Assembly (NCBI GenBank): GCA_030324005.1
Contig: JARDVH010000124.1
Location: 40,376,410-40,440,409 of the forward strand
Direction: 5' to 3'
From: Negaprion brevirostris
Taxonomy: Eukaryota
Length of the DNA stretch: 64,000 bases
Part shown: piece by piece, positions 23,036 through 36,046 of the stretch
Position numbering within the stretch: position 1 is the stretch's first letter
Layout: every line of letters starts with the position of its first letter
Program-made: the position numbers and the translations under genes
The notes under the pieces: model-generated
What the model was told of the DNA's origin: nothing
What the model saw: only the letters and a program-made list of their open reading frames with translations
Databases searched by the model: none

Positions 23036-26000
23036 AATGCTTCTGCAGAAAATTATCTTTTTGGTAGGTTGTATGCATGAATCATTTCTTTTCAACTTCT
23101 GGTAGAAGATTGATTATCTTCTCCATTGACCTCTCAAAATACAACTGTGCAGTGTTACAGGAGAGGTGGCTTAATTTAGCAGCCCTGATTTCTCTTCTCG
23201 CCACCACCTGTCTGTAAGTAGAAAGGTGTTTTGATTTTGATTTTCCTCTTTAGAAGAAGTGGCATATTTTCCCAACCCCTTGTTTTTGGTGAGATCCAAT
23301 TTCTATTCTCACAGACTTATGGTAGGTAAAAGCAAAGGGGTAGCTTATTTTGCGTGCACTCTCAAATGCACCTGAGGGATATGTTGCCATGTAGCTCTCA
23401 GTACATTCTTACAATAAAGATAAAGAATCTAGAGATCCAGGGCAAAGATCATAGAAAATAAATGTTTTGCGTGAGTCCAGAATCAGTTTAATGGTGTATT
23501 CTTTAAGAGTCAGCAGGTTGAAAACTGATGGTGGATAATTTTTTTTTTCCGGTAGAGATGACTCCCTTGACAAGATGAGCTCGTAGAGATAAATTAATTT
23601 TGCATATGCTGGTTCAGAATTTCCAGTAGAAAGTGTGGATGGGGTGGGACGGTTAGGCATTCACCTGGACCGAGCCCTTGTTTGATGTAAAATGCCAATC
23701 TGAGCTTTTGAGGTTTCAAAAGGCAATATTACAGGTTCCAGTAGCTTGGTGGGAGCAGGAACACTTGGACAAAGGGTGCATGTTCCTTAGCCTGAATTTT
23801 AAAAAAAGGTTTTGGGGATACTTTTAGCTTGCTGATTGGTTCCATTGACTGGCCCTGGTGTTAANNNNNNNNNNCTCTGCAATCACGTGAGTCATTAAGA
23901 CCTCTTCATAGATAATAATGTGAAGCTGTTCTCAATGGCAGGAAGTTCCTTTTGTTTGAGTCACAACCAATCATAGCATCAGTCATTTTAAAGCCTTTGT
24001 CCAGTTTTTAAAGATTTTGTAAATGAGACATGTTGATGTATATGCTTTATAAAAATACAGAGTGAGGTCTTCGCTCTGGGACACCTGTGGTTCCTTGTCA
24101 GGTCACCTGTACATTCCAGCTTGCAAATCTGTGCTGTTTTTCACTTTGAGCCTCATAGTCATGATTTGTTCAGAGGAGTGACCTTGTATGAAATAGAAAC
24201 CAGTTGTTGTTTCAAGTGCATTATACTCTTTTTAAATCTTGGGAGCTAAAGTAAGCAAGGGCACTTAAACAGAGTAACCATCTGGGGATAAAGGAGTTTC
24301 TACACTGAGACAACAATGTATGTATAATTGGTAATGTTGGCACAGGTCACCCTAATTTGTTTCTTGTCTGGATTGTCCTTCAAAATTGAACATGATGGAA
24401 AATCTGATCAGAAAGAGTTGAACATACTACCAAAGGAATCAAAAACAATTAAACACCTGAGTGTCATACTGAAATATTGCTCATACATCAGTCAGTATAT
24501 TTGTTTCATCAAAATTGTTTCTATTATATCACATCTCTTATAACACACTCTCAATATCCAGAAACTGTGGTTATTTTGAATTTGAAGGAGTTGCATGTTG
24601 GTCAGAACAGCTATATTCATTATCATTTCAAATGCTGCTGCATTTTATAAATTGAATGTTAGAATTTTGGTTGACAACCTATTAATCTGCTTATACGGTT
24701 ATTACATTATATAGGCAGAATAAATAGGACGTGGAGCTGATTTGATGGAGCAGTATGCTACACTGGAACGTTGTACTTGTTCCATTAAATTAAAATGACA
24801 TCTCCATTAAATATCTCAAACCTATTACTCTGTAATTAAATGAACAGTGGCCATTGATTTTTGGCTTCCTTTTCCCATTCATATTGAGATTGCTTGGAAA
24901 GCAGAACTGCTTATCTTCCAATGAGATTAACATTAGATTTGGGAACTCCTGAGCATGCTGCTTTTGTATTGTCTTATACTTTTGTTCATCGATTTATGTC
25001 AAAATCTTGTGTGCTGCCTTAGTTTTACAACGTCTTCAGTTTAAAAAGAAGTGACATCTTTGATCTGCTTTAAGTTTGTTTGGGCTTAAGATTGAAAGTT
25101 AAAGTGAATGCATTAGAAGAACTTTTTGTGACATTTTCACAGTGAGATAGTAAAGTGAGGGTTTTGTGCATGAAATAAATTGGTATCTGTGTATTATGTC
25201 GTCAGTGGCAATTTTGATAAAATTCAAAAGCTGGGGCACAAAAATATTTCTTAAAAAAAACTAATGTGCTGGCACTAAACCCCAGTGAAAAGATCCAAAG
25301 GGAGCAAATAAATGTTAAAACAGCAGTCGTTTGGCTGTAGACAGTCATTGCATTTTATGAATCCTATACATTCACTACTATTTAGAAATGTTCATTTTCA
25401 TTGCTTTTTATAACCATATGCATCCCAGTAGAGTTTTCTGTAATCTAGACATTTGATAGAGCAAGAACAATTCCATTACGTCTGGATTTCCAAAATTGTT
25501 GCAAATGTTTTTAAACTACATATACTTGAATAAAAGGTGCTGTAATATACTAGGTGTATTATATCATCATAGAAAAACCTTGCACTGTGGTTCAATATAC
25601 TTAGAAATAATACTTAAGCATTATTTAGTTAGTTGTGCTATAATTTGTTTTAATGAATTTTTAAAAACTGAAATGTAGCTTTATTTTGACTAACCAACAT
25701 TAACTTACTGCTTTATAAATTTTTGCTTTTAGTCACTTTTGCTGTTCCTTCCCAACTCCTTTGGCTGGCACAGTATGCCTGTCCATACTGCAGCCTTTGA
25801 CCAAGACCAGTGGTTGATCCTTGACATTTAAAGCTGAATAAAATGTCAGTCTCCATACGCTTGTCTACTGCTACCCCAAATCTGTCCCAGGCTGTTCACC
25901 TGTTCTGAGCAATTCAGCACTAAAAACTCCATACAGTTGTCTCTCTTTGGAACTCAGAATAATTAATTGTGGCACTTAGTTGTCCTGCTGGTGCCACAAA

Positions 26001-26682
26001 GTTTCTCATTTGTTCTTAGTAATATGTGTGAAGAACAAGCTCTAAATCATTCAAGTAGAAAAGTCAGCAGTTCAAACTTCCACAAACATTTTTAGACATT
26101 CTTGCAGCATAAGCCATCTTAAAGGTTTACTCCTGCAATCTAGATGACGTTTGGGTCAGTTGGAGTTTACAAATATCATGCAACAAGAAATCAATTTCCA
26201 AAACCTTCAAAGGTAAGTTCACAAAAGTTCCTGCTTTGCCATGGGAAGTTCTTGGCATAGAAAGACAGCAGAGGTGAATGTGGAGTCGAGGGTTAAGGGT
26301 CAGTAAAACTAAACTAAAAAACAATACAGCACAGTAATAGACTCTTTGGCCCACCAAGCCTGCACTGATGATCAGGGAGATCAATTGTTAGTGAATACAT
26401 AAATGGCAACTGATAATTACACACTGAAGAGCAGCATCTAGATGAGGAAATAGGCATACTCGGGTGGAACATTGCTCTATTGCTGCATAGATGACCCAGA
26501 AACCCACTGTATGGGGTTTTCTATGCTGGAACCAACAGAATGGAACTCAAAACAGTTGGATCACAGGAGAGAGGTTCTGAAGGCTGGCTCTAGTGCCATT
26601 GATAAAGATGAGGATGTATGACAGTCTCAAAGGATATTTTTGAAACAGGAACAGGAAATAATGAACTGTTTCCACTTGTTCA

Positions 26683-26985
26683 TGGTGGCACAGTGGTTAG
26701 CACTNNNNNNNNNNNNNNNNNNNNNNNNNNNNNNNNNNNNNNNNNNNNNNNNNNNNNNNNNNNNNNNNNNNNNNNNNNNNNNNNNNNNNNNNNNNNNNNN
26801 NNNNNNNNNNNNNNNNNNNNNNNNNNNNNNNNNNNNNNNNNNNNNNNNNNNNNNNNNNNNNNNNNNNNNNNNNNCCCTCCAGAGTACCCGAACAAGTGGT
26901 GGAGTGTGGTGACTAGAGGATTTTCACAGTAACTTCATTGCAATGTTAATGTAAGCCTACTTGTGACACATAATAAATAAACTTA
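26683..26985 (+). mobile_element. V-SINE-like SINE with alternative 3' tail (core in gap)
   Basis: ggtggcacagtggttagcact head; tail gactagaggattttcacagtaacttcattgc...cctacttgtgacac nearly identical to 42375-42440. Confidence 0.75.
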
Positions 26986-27282
26986 AAAGTATCTATATTT
27001 TAAGACAATTGGCAAAAGAACCAGAAGGGATATGAAACCTTTATGATCTTGAGCAGCTGAACAAATGTGTTGGAAGCAGATTCAGTAGTAAATATTGATG
27101 AGAATTGGGTACATTAAGAGCAGAGATTTTTTTGAGGGCTGGGAGTCTTTGAAATGTTCTCTCTCAGAAGCTGGTGGAAGCAGACTCTGTTTTAAGGCAG
27201 AGGTAGTTCCTTGATGAGGAGGTAAAATGTTAGTGGGAGTAGGCAAGAATGTGAAGTTAAGGTTACAGTCAGATCAGGCATG

Positions 27283-28085
27283 TGTTAAGGACCTTGCTGA
27301 TGTTACCCGTAAGTGTGTCTCAGAGCCCAGAGGGTAACTTGAAAAACTGATTCTTAGTGGCGTATGTTTGTTTGGAATAATATGAGGACCAACGTACAAC
27401 TCAACAAGGAAATAGTCCCATCATTCTCTAAATAATAGAGAAACAACAGAGTAATGTACACTGACGCTCAAGTATATTAATCAGTGTTATTACCGCTTGT
27501 TCCCAAAATATACCCACATTCCCTGAACTTTGAGATGCTCTTTTCCCAAGTAACCTCCAGTTTAGCAACTCTAAGTCAAATCCAGCCAATAGTTACCACA
27601 CCATACAGCTTAGATGACCAAGTTTGGAAAAACATCTTTTCCTGGTTCAGCAAAGGTGTGAAACTATCTCTACTGGAGGAGAATATCTGCAGTCTGCCAT
27701 GGCTCTGATCATAGAACTAGACTATCTGAAAATAGATGGAGATGGCCTTGCTGATTGTTGGAAGGAAAAACTAGCCTCTTTCCCCAAAGCAGGTGCTAGC
27801 CGTTGTATTGTTTGTCTGTTTGATATCCCACCCTGTGGATTTGTCTGTCAGCTTCTAGAAGGAATTTTGAGAGATGTAATCATTTGTACAGCCCTGTTGA
27901 TCTCTGGTGAACAATGTTTCTGGTGTGGTAATTCGCACCTCAATTTCTCTAGCCATCTGCTAATCTTACTGGGAAAATCATGCCTCGTTATTCCTCTAGA
28001 CGGCTGCTAATCTTGTTGCTTATCTATTATTGTTTTTAATCTCGCATTCAACTGTTAACCTCGTTAACTTCCCAAGTTCCTCACA
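27283..28085. mobile_element. Probable solo LTR (about 0.8 kb) inserted in a CR1 3' tail
   Basis: TGTTAAGGA...TTCCTCACA termini. The CR1 tail agatcaggcatg resumes as cagatcttattga...tactcctgctccta. Confidence 0.6.
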
Positions 28086-28377
28086 CAGATCTTATTGAGA
28101 GGCCGAACAGACTTGAGAGGTCTACTCCTGCTCCTAATTTGTATGTTTCTATATAAATATTTGAGGGAATAGAGCAGGCAAGTGTGTTACAATTGAAGTT
28201 TATAAGATATTTTGGGACTGGCTGATTTTAAGGATATATAAAGGAAATCATGTGCCTGGTCATAAACCTGAGTGGTTTGATTGTTGATCAGATAGCGGCT
28301 TGCACTATTTTGCTGACAGGAAGATGCACTTGGAGACAATGGCAGCAATTTCTGCATTTATTTTGCGTAGACTTTGA

Positions 28378-28690
28378 ACATAAGAACATAAGAACATAAG
28401 AAATAGGAGCAGGAGTAGGCCATCCAGCCCTTTGAGCCTGCCCCGCCATTCNNNNNNNNNNNNNNNNNNNNNNNNNNNNNNNNNNNNNNNNNNNNNNNNN
28501 NNNNNNNNNNNNNNNNNNNNNNNNNNNNNNNNNNNNNNNNNNNNNNNNNNNTGCTGCACCTGCAGGCTGGGTTTTTGCGACTCATGCACAAGGACCCCGA
28601 GGTCCCTCTGCACCGTCGCCTGCTGCAGGTTTTCGCCATTTAAGTAATAGTCCTTCCTACCATTATTCCTACCAAAGTGGACCACTTTGA
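28378..28690 (-). mobile_element. CR1 LINE with (AACATAAG)n tail, gap inside
   Basis: KVVHFGRNNGRKDYYLNGENLQQATVQRDLGVLVHESQK; octamer tail repeats. Confidence 0.9.
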
Positions 28691-29875
28691 GTCTAGCAGA
28701 GTCCCAGAAAGGTGAAGTACTGGGCATAAAAGCCTGTGCTCTAAACTGTCCCTTCTAAGGTGAAAGAGTATTGAGATCAAGGATTCCTAATTAACATTAT
28801 TATCTAAATACATGTTGCAATGTGGAGGAAGGCAGAAGAAACCATTTTTAACTTTTTTCAATTAATACAGCAAAAGTCAACAAAATGTTGTACATTTAAA
28901 TTCTAGCCACATTTGCTGTATACATCTCATCTGAATATGAAATCCCATAAAGATTCCCTAATTTTGTTAAATATCTGTAGAGAACTTTGCAACAGAATTA
29001 CAAATTTTTTGCTTTTTTTAAAACTTTTATTGTAACGAATGACTAGAAAGCACCTTTTGACTAAGCAGCTCTTTTAAGCAACTTGTGCTTTAAATTAGAG
29101 AGAGGATTTCATACTTTTCACCCATTGGGCTCTCCATGAAATTACAGTCCATGGTTGCTTGCAGCTTCCAATGGTTTCCCATGCCCTCTCTGCCAAGTAG
29201 TAACTTTTAAAAACTGCCTTGAGGCGCTTTCTTCAGTTTTGAGAGTTTTGAAAATCCACACAAGTCCATTACGATGTTTCTCCTTCCCCCTCTCCACAAC
29301 AGGATTAGTATGGAATCCTTAGGTGGCTGAAGGGTGTGACTCCACTAGAGAGCATCTTCCTCCCATGTCCAGCTTTTGTAACTTGCAAAGTCGAGCAGCA
29401 TTATCTCCTTTGACCACACAGAACTTCTGCTGTCCACCTAGTTTATTCATTATTTTATAGGTTGATTTTTGGGAAGCCTATTGACAGATCCCAGAAAATG
29501 GCTTCCTCTACCCCCTTCGCTAAGGCAACACGAAACATATTAGCTTTATATCTAGGTAGAAATGCTAATTGCCTATCCTTGATCTCAATTCCCCCTTCCT
29601 TTGGAAGGAAAGGGCCAGTTTATAGCATAACTATTTGGAACACACTTTAGGATTTTGGGAGTCTCTGGATCTACTCATTACAAACCCAGAGATTGCTGCT
29701 CTTGTCTCCAGTTGTGAAGACCTTGCATCCTCTTCTCAGTAAAACAATCTTAGGTATTCCTTTGGTTTCTAACCATCAAACCAACCAGAGTTGCTCATAG
29801 GCAAACTGTAAGACAGTTGCACATTTACCCTAAATTACCCGAATTGCTAAAAATTCATGACAATTGATCACCACA

Positions 29876-30193
29876 GGGGAGTCAATTGCCTAGTGGTATT
29901 ATCGCTGGACTATTAATCCAGAAATTCAGCTAATGTTCTGGGGACCTGAGTTCAAATCACACCATGGCAGATGGTGGAATTTGAATTCAATAAAAATATC
30001 TGGAATTAATAATCTACTGATGACCATGAAACCATTGTTGATTTTGTGGGGAAAAACCCATCTGGTTCACTAATTCCTTTTGGGGAAGGAAATCTGCCTT
30101 CCTTGCCTGGTCTGGCCTACATGTGGTTGACTCTCAACTGGCCTCAGGCAACTAGGAATGGGCAATAAATGCTGGGCACAAATTAATAAAAAA
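29876..30193 (+). mobile_element. tRNA-derived SINE of a second family
   Basis: gcctagtggta A-box-like and gagttcaaatc B-box-like motifs; ends ggcaactaggaatgggcaataaatgctgg. A minus-strand copy lies at 41930-42553. Confidence 0.75.
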
Positions 30194-31019
30194 TTTGAAA
30201 TTTGGTTTTGGAGTACAATAGTTCTGCTTTGTCATGTGTGTATGTAAAGATACATAATGTTTGATCAGGATCAGCTCTTCTAATTGAAATGCAAAATATG
30301 ATTTTTAAGTTTATATTTTAAATATTAATGTTGTGAAATAGAATTGTTCGTCCTGAGGTATATTTGCTCTTATTGCAATAAAACTGTAGAACTTAGGGAA
30401 TGTACACGAATCTTCTAGATTTTATTTCCACCTCTGCCTGTACAGTTGTCATTTTTACAATCGTTAAGTTAATTTTGGGAGTGTTAGCTAGTTTTATATT
30501 GGTGTCGCTACTATTGACAGCGGCAACATAATGGAAATAAAATGAGTGCAGCTACATGTTGGTGCTGTGAAATCTGCCTCGTTGTATTAGTTAGAAATGC
30601 TACTGGCAACACCAGCATGTCACCGATCTCCTTACTCAGAGGGGAATTCATGGAGAAATGTAGCTGAGTTTCCCTTTTGAGCTGTCTGAGAATTTATATA
30701 TGGAACATGAAAGCACCTTTCACCCAGTTCAGACTTCTAAACACCTGACTGATTTAAATGTAGGGTCCAATAATTGTAGCTAAAATGCAGTTTGCCTGCA
30801 GCTCTTCAAGCCTGCAGCATCCCATTATTGGGGATGGGACATGGAACCTTAAACTTACTCACATGCCTTGTGCACTGTTTTATCTATGTAGTTGATCAGT
30901 ACGTAGCATATTTCAAGCTGCCAAATATTATGCAAAATAGCAAACCTTCCTGTAGTGTCTGGAACAATTGAATATCAATTCAGTTACTTCAGTAGGTTAC
31001 CATTTCATAGTCTATACTA

Positions 31020-31905
31020 AGTAATTCTTCACTATACCCTCCAATCATCAGCAATATGATGGAAGTGGTTATGTACACTGTCAAGCAGTATGTACTCACC
31101 ATTAAATTGCTCACCAACACGAGTTTGGGTTTTGCCAGGACCACTTGGCTCCATACTACAACAACCTTGGGCCAAGTATGGACAAAAAAATTCCAGCAAA
31201 GAGGCAAGAGTGATTGCTGTTGACACCAAGGCTGCATTTGGATAAGTATGACATAAAAGACCCTAGTAAAATTGAAATGACAAAGTGGCCTGTAACATTT
31301 GCACCAGGCAAATGGCAGTCAGTAGCCGTCGCCAATGAGAGAGACAATCTCAAGATCTCCCCTTGACATTTGATGGCATCAAAGTTGTTGAATCCCCTTC
31401 CATCCTGGTGTTCACCACTGACTAAAAGCTGAAGTGGACCAGCCACATAAATAATGTGGTTACAAGAGCATGTCAGAATCTGGGTATTGTGCGGTGAGTA
31501 ACTCACCTCCTGACTCTCCAAAGCTTATCAATAAAGTACAAGTCATCAGTGTGTTGGTATATTCACCACTAGTCTGTATGAGCACAGCTCCTGCAACGTT
31601 CAGTTGGCACCCCACCTACAATCAGAGCATGGTAGCTGCAGTGTGCACCATCTACAAGGTGCACTGCAGCAACTTGCCAGGACTACTTCAACATCCCCCA
31701 AATCTGAAATCTCTATTGCCAAGAAATAAGAGGGCAAAAGGCTCATGGGGACAAGTTGAATACTATCCTGACTTGGAAAATATCATTCCTTCTTCATTGT
31801 TGGGTCAAAATTCTTGAACTCTCTCCCTAAAAGCACTGTGTGTGCTTCACCACACAGCTGCAGCAGTTCAAGATGATTCACTACAGCCTTCTCAAGGGTA
31901 AATAG
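31020..31905 (+). mobile_element. Decayed non-LTR retrotransposon of the CR1/L2 group
   Basis: RT-like remnants (ttgctcaccaacacgagtttgggtttt, gttgacaccaaggctgcattt = VDTKAAF, WTSHINNV); 3' end cagccttctcaaggg. Related pieces at about 8440-8690 and 38230-38780. Confidence 0.7.
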
Positions 31906-32879
31906 TGTTATAGCAATGAAGAAAATCCCCAGAATTATATAGGGAAATATTGGACTTAAAAAGAGAGTTGAGGTTTTTTCAAATGGACAGACACCAAAGA
32001 TGGCTGAAAACATGCAAGTAGCCACCAACAGGAATGGTTGCAAAGGGTTTCTCAAAGCAGCAATGGAACCCCCCCCCTCTGTACTTCCAGATGAGGTACA
32101 TGTAAAACCACCCAAAGACTGACTGTTAGCTCTGGTAAGGACAAAGAGACATGGCCCTTTCATTTCCAAGACCCTGGACATAATGGCCTAGACAGACCAG
32201 TACATTCTGGTCCTCTTGAAATGCTCACATCTGGGGGTTAAAAGCTTGCTTGCTACCTGCTTGTTCTGTCTGTCTGATGTGTGTGTGCTGGGTGAAAAAT
32301 GGCTGAATGGTTTCCACACTGAAGAAAACACAATAACCGAGGCAAGGCCGCTGCAAACATAGCCAAGCCTTTGCAGGAAAATATAAAACCCCCCCTCATT
32401 CTGTGAAAGTGGATAAGTCAGCTAAAGGATTGCAGCTGGAAAAGAACTGAAATCTCCTACCAAACTACCTAACTGGAGGATACCTGAACCAAAGAATCAA
32501 CTGTTTGCCATCAGAAGGCAACTGTACTGAAAACAATTGTAACGGCCACAACATGTTATTGTTTATTCCTAGCAACTCAAGGAATGTTCTGTATAAGTAT
32601 ATATTACTTATTATTGGACTCCATTCTTATCTCTAGCCCACAGATGCATGTGTTTTACCACTTTTCCTGACCTTTTTAGTAGTTAATAAACTTATCTTCA
32701 GAAAGCCTTGTTGAATTGGCTTCTTTGAATTTGCTCCCCTTTTAAGCATAACTATTGGGTCTAGAAAAGATATCCAAGAGAAAGGGAACCTTGTTTGATT
32801 AAACCTTTGTTGCTACCAGCAGGTGGGTTGAATAAAGACACAGCCAGTCATCCCTTGCCTCTCACCTGGATTTGTGGCA
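31906..32879 (+). mobile_element. Probable solo LTR (about 0.97 kb)
   Basis: TGT...GCA termini flanked by atag/ctag; TATAAAA near 32382; AATAAA near 32685 and 32831; interrupts the LINE tail. Confidence 0.55.
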
Positions 32880-33069
32880 CTAGGGGGGTTATGGACAGTG
32901 TGAAATCAAGGATCAATAATAATTAACAAAATGGAAGCTGCATTGTCAAAGGTGCTGTATTCCACAGGCAATAAAAGAGAACATAGACCTAAAGAGGGAA
33001 CAGATATATGCATGTGCTTCATATATGTGTAATGTTCCACGAGTTGCATTGCTATGATGTATTTAAAAA

Positions 33070-33420
33070 GGAAAAGCTGACATTTTGTATAGTACTTTAT
33101 CATATCCTAAAACATTTCAGTCAATAAATTACTTTTGAAATCTTGTCACTATTGTTTTCCAGACATACAAGGCAGACAGTTTGCACAGAAAAATGTTTTG
33201 TAACCAGTAAACAGACGAATGACCAAATGATCCTTTTTTGTGAAATTTGTATTAAAAGAGAAGTGGCGCTTAGGACACGGGGGAAAAAAGCCTTATTCAA
33301 ATAGTACAGTGGGGGCTTTCCCTCAGTAATAAAGTGTCATTATGTGCTAAGTTCATATAGTGGCTTTAACACTCAAACTTTTGACTTTTTGGTAAATGCA
33401 CCTAACTGCCAAGTGGGTGC
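33070..33420 (-). mobile_element. Decayed SacSINE1/DeuSINE-like SINE
   Basis: acttttgaaat...gacagtttgcacag...ggacacggggg...ccctcagt, colinear with 61985-62377. Confidence 0.55.
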
Positions 33421-35904
33421 TACGTTTCCTTGAATGAACTGGCCAAAGCGTTGAGGGATGTACAATCATCATGAGAGGATCTATCTTGTATAATAATCTA
33501 ACTTTATAACACAAGTTGCAATGTAGTGGTGTTTGTTATTAATGATGACATCAAGCTTTGCTTTCACCTGGATTTGAATTCAATTGTAATTTGTGTTGCT
33601 TGGTGCACTGGGCAAAGTTTTTCAATTGCTAAACAGGTTTACACTTGTGCTAAAGTATTACTGATCAGAAAATATGTTTTTTTTAAAAAGTTTGGCAAAC
33701 GTGAATAGCATGTTTTGTAGAATGGAATTCTAAAGTTAATTATTGAAGAAAACAATAGAATGTAGAAAAGCAGTTGGGATCATGAAAATTAAAAGCATAT
33801 TCATCAAAGACCTTGGACTCAATTGTGTGCCTATAACTCAACAAAGCTTAGCTTAGGACCAGCTAAAGAATGCAAGCAAAGTTAGAAATTGAGTTCATTA
33901 TCTCTAAGTACTAAAGGTTCTTTAACTCAGTAAACCTGACTGTCCCCATTGAAAGCACCCTTTTAATGTTCTGGTATATTGCCTTAAACAATAGGTTTAT
34001 GCATTGGGAAGTTGGTAGCTTGCTTAATATTCAATGGACAAATGTCCTGTGGTTTAGCACCAAAAGTATGAGGGAAAGTAGCATGCAAATTGTGGATAGG
34101 GACTTCCCCTCGCTGCTAAATGTAATTGTTTTTCACTATTTAGACTTGCTGCTAATATTCAGTGTATTCTAAATAATAATCATGATGCTGGGAAAAATCT
34201 TGAAATTGTATGTAGTAAAACACTTGTTTGAAGTGGTACGAAATGTGCTGTTAATTATATCACCCGTGTATTGTATGCATTCAACCTATTTGATTTGCTG
34301 TGAAATTTTAACACGCATGGTTTGGCAGCTGTAAGAAATGCCTTGTCTTAATTAGTTCTGAAATTTGCGAAGATGGTTACTGCATAATTTCATTGTTGCT
34401 CTGACAACTTAGCATCAATGGTCACCTACATTTCAGCTGGAGGAAGTACTTGTGTGAGTGTTTTGGATTGTAAAATGCTGCATGTTCCAGGGGTTTATTA
34501 AAAATACATTGATCATATGTACTTTTCATGAAACAAAAGACATATTGCATGCATGAGAGGGCTGGAGGAATTTATAGATAGAAATACAAGGCTGATGTGA
34601 AATTTAAATAGTTTCATGTCACTTTTAAAACCAATTCTAACATCATGAAAGTAGCAAACTTTGTATATCCACCAGCACTAACTCATTGTCAAGTAATATG
34701 ATTTGAACTTCTCAGCATTTTCTACTTACAGCATTACTTCATATATGGCATTGTATAAGTGATTATACACTGCTGGATTAACAGAATGGATGAACGACGC
34801 AGTAGGAAAATCTGTTTTTCATTGGAGCTGGTTAGATTTAACTGCAGCTGGAGCTACTGAAATCTTAAGAGCCCTGCTTTATCTGAATTACGTCCAGCCT
34901 CTCCTCTCCATCTCCCATGAACTGATGACACTGTCGTGGCATGACAATGTATTGCATGATTGTAATTTCCAATCATGCATTTTGCATATAGATTATGTAA
35001 TTGTTACGTATTAAGGTAACAAATTAAGCATAGGCTTAGATTGGTACTGAACCAAAATAGAAACTTGGCTTCCTCACCAAAGAATACAGATTTTTGTTCC
35101 AGTTGCTAAATTCTTGCAACCAGCACAAATGCACATTCCAGCAACAGTCATGAAACAGAAAAATTGAACGGTGGGGCGGGGCGGGGGGGAGAAAGACTCG
35201 CACAAACAATCAAAGCTGTTTGTTTGGTACAATTTTAGTACAGAACTATTTCTATCATCTGAAGGTAGTAGAAGCCATATTGTACTTGTACAGTGGAGCG
35301 TTTTCTAAAACTGACTGTGCTCATTTAATATACTAAACTTGTGAACAGATCAAACTGCTATTCTTTGTATGTTGTCTTCACAAAAACTGTTAAGTGATTT
35401 CTCAGTGCTTGAGAAAGGCACAGTACAGTTGCTGGAAGAACTTCCTGTAGTTCATGCATACCATTTCAGCGTCCCATGCATTTTCTTGTACGTACAGAAA
35501 TATGCATTTATATAATCATCATTAGCATTAACAGTCAGACCATGAACCACTTCTTTGTGATTTTTGTTTTAATTTATGTATTCAGTCAATAGAGGGAGAA
35601 AAATCACACCACCATTTAAGTTTTTTTTTAATATATCCTAAACTGTATAGGGTTTAAGCCTTTGAGGACAAAAACAACATTTTACCCTAATAATGAAACA
35701 TAAATGCAAACTATACTACACATTTGTTTGGAATGCAATTTGATGCTCTTTCAGATGCCATGTAATCAACCTTAAATAATATAGACCAAATTGGGATAGT
35801 TTGTAAATTGAAGTGTTGTCCTGAAAGGATTAAGCAGATTTTTCAATATGAATTTGTGTAACTGCACTTGCTCTTAAACTGGCTCAATGCTTTACTTTTT
35901 CCAG

Positions 35905-36046
35905 GGAAAAGTAGCCCAAACAGCATGCATGTCAGCCTGCAAGCACCTATCCACATCTCTGATGCACATGCTTCTGGATGCTGAGGTGAAGCAGATAAGC
36001 ATGGGAGCCATTCAACAGTTCAACTTGGATGTTATTCAATGCGAAC
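35905..36046 (+). CDS. EXOC6: EXOC6 internal coding exon, 142 nt
   Basis: tttttccag acceptor, gtaagt donor. GKVAQTACMSACKHLSTSLMHMLLDAEVKQISMGAIQQFNLDVIQCE plus 1 nt (phase 0-1). Confidence 0.97.

Noticed and set aside
23161-23213. ttacag ... gtaagt pseudo-exon
   Set aside because: 53 nt (frameshift) with a poor polypyrimidine tract; expected by chance in a 24.5-kb intron.
26056-26232. AAGTCA-gc-AGTTCA and AGTTCA-caaa-AGTTCC as retinoic acid response elements
   Set aside because: Each has a non-canonical half-site or spacing; I saw no perfect DR2 or DR5.
28378-28405. Tandem AACATAAG repeats as an array or CRISPR
   Set aside because: Ordinary CR1 3' octamer tail in eukaryotic DNA; no spacers or cas genes.
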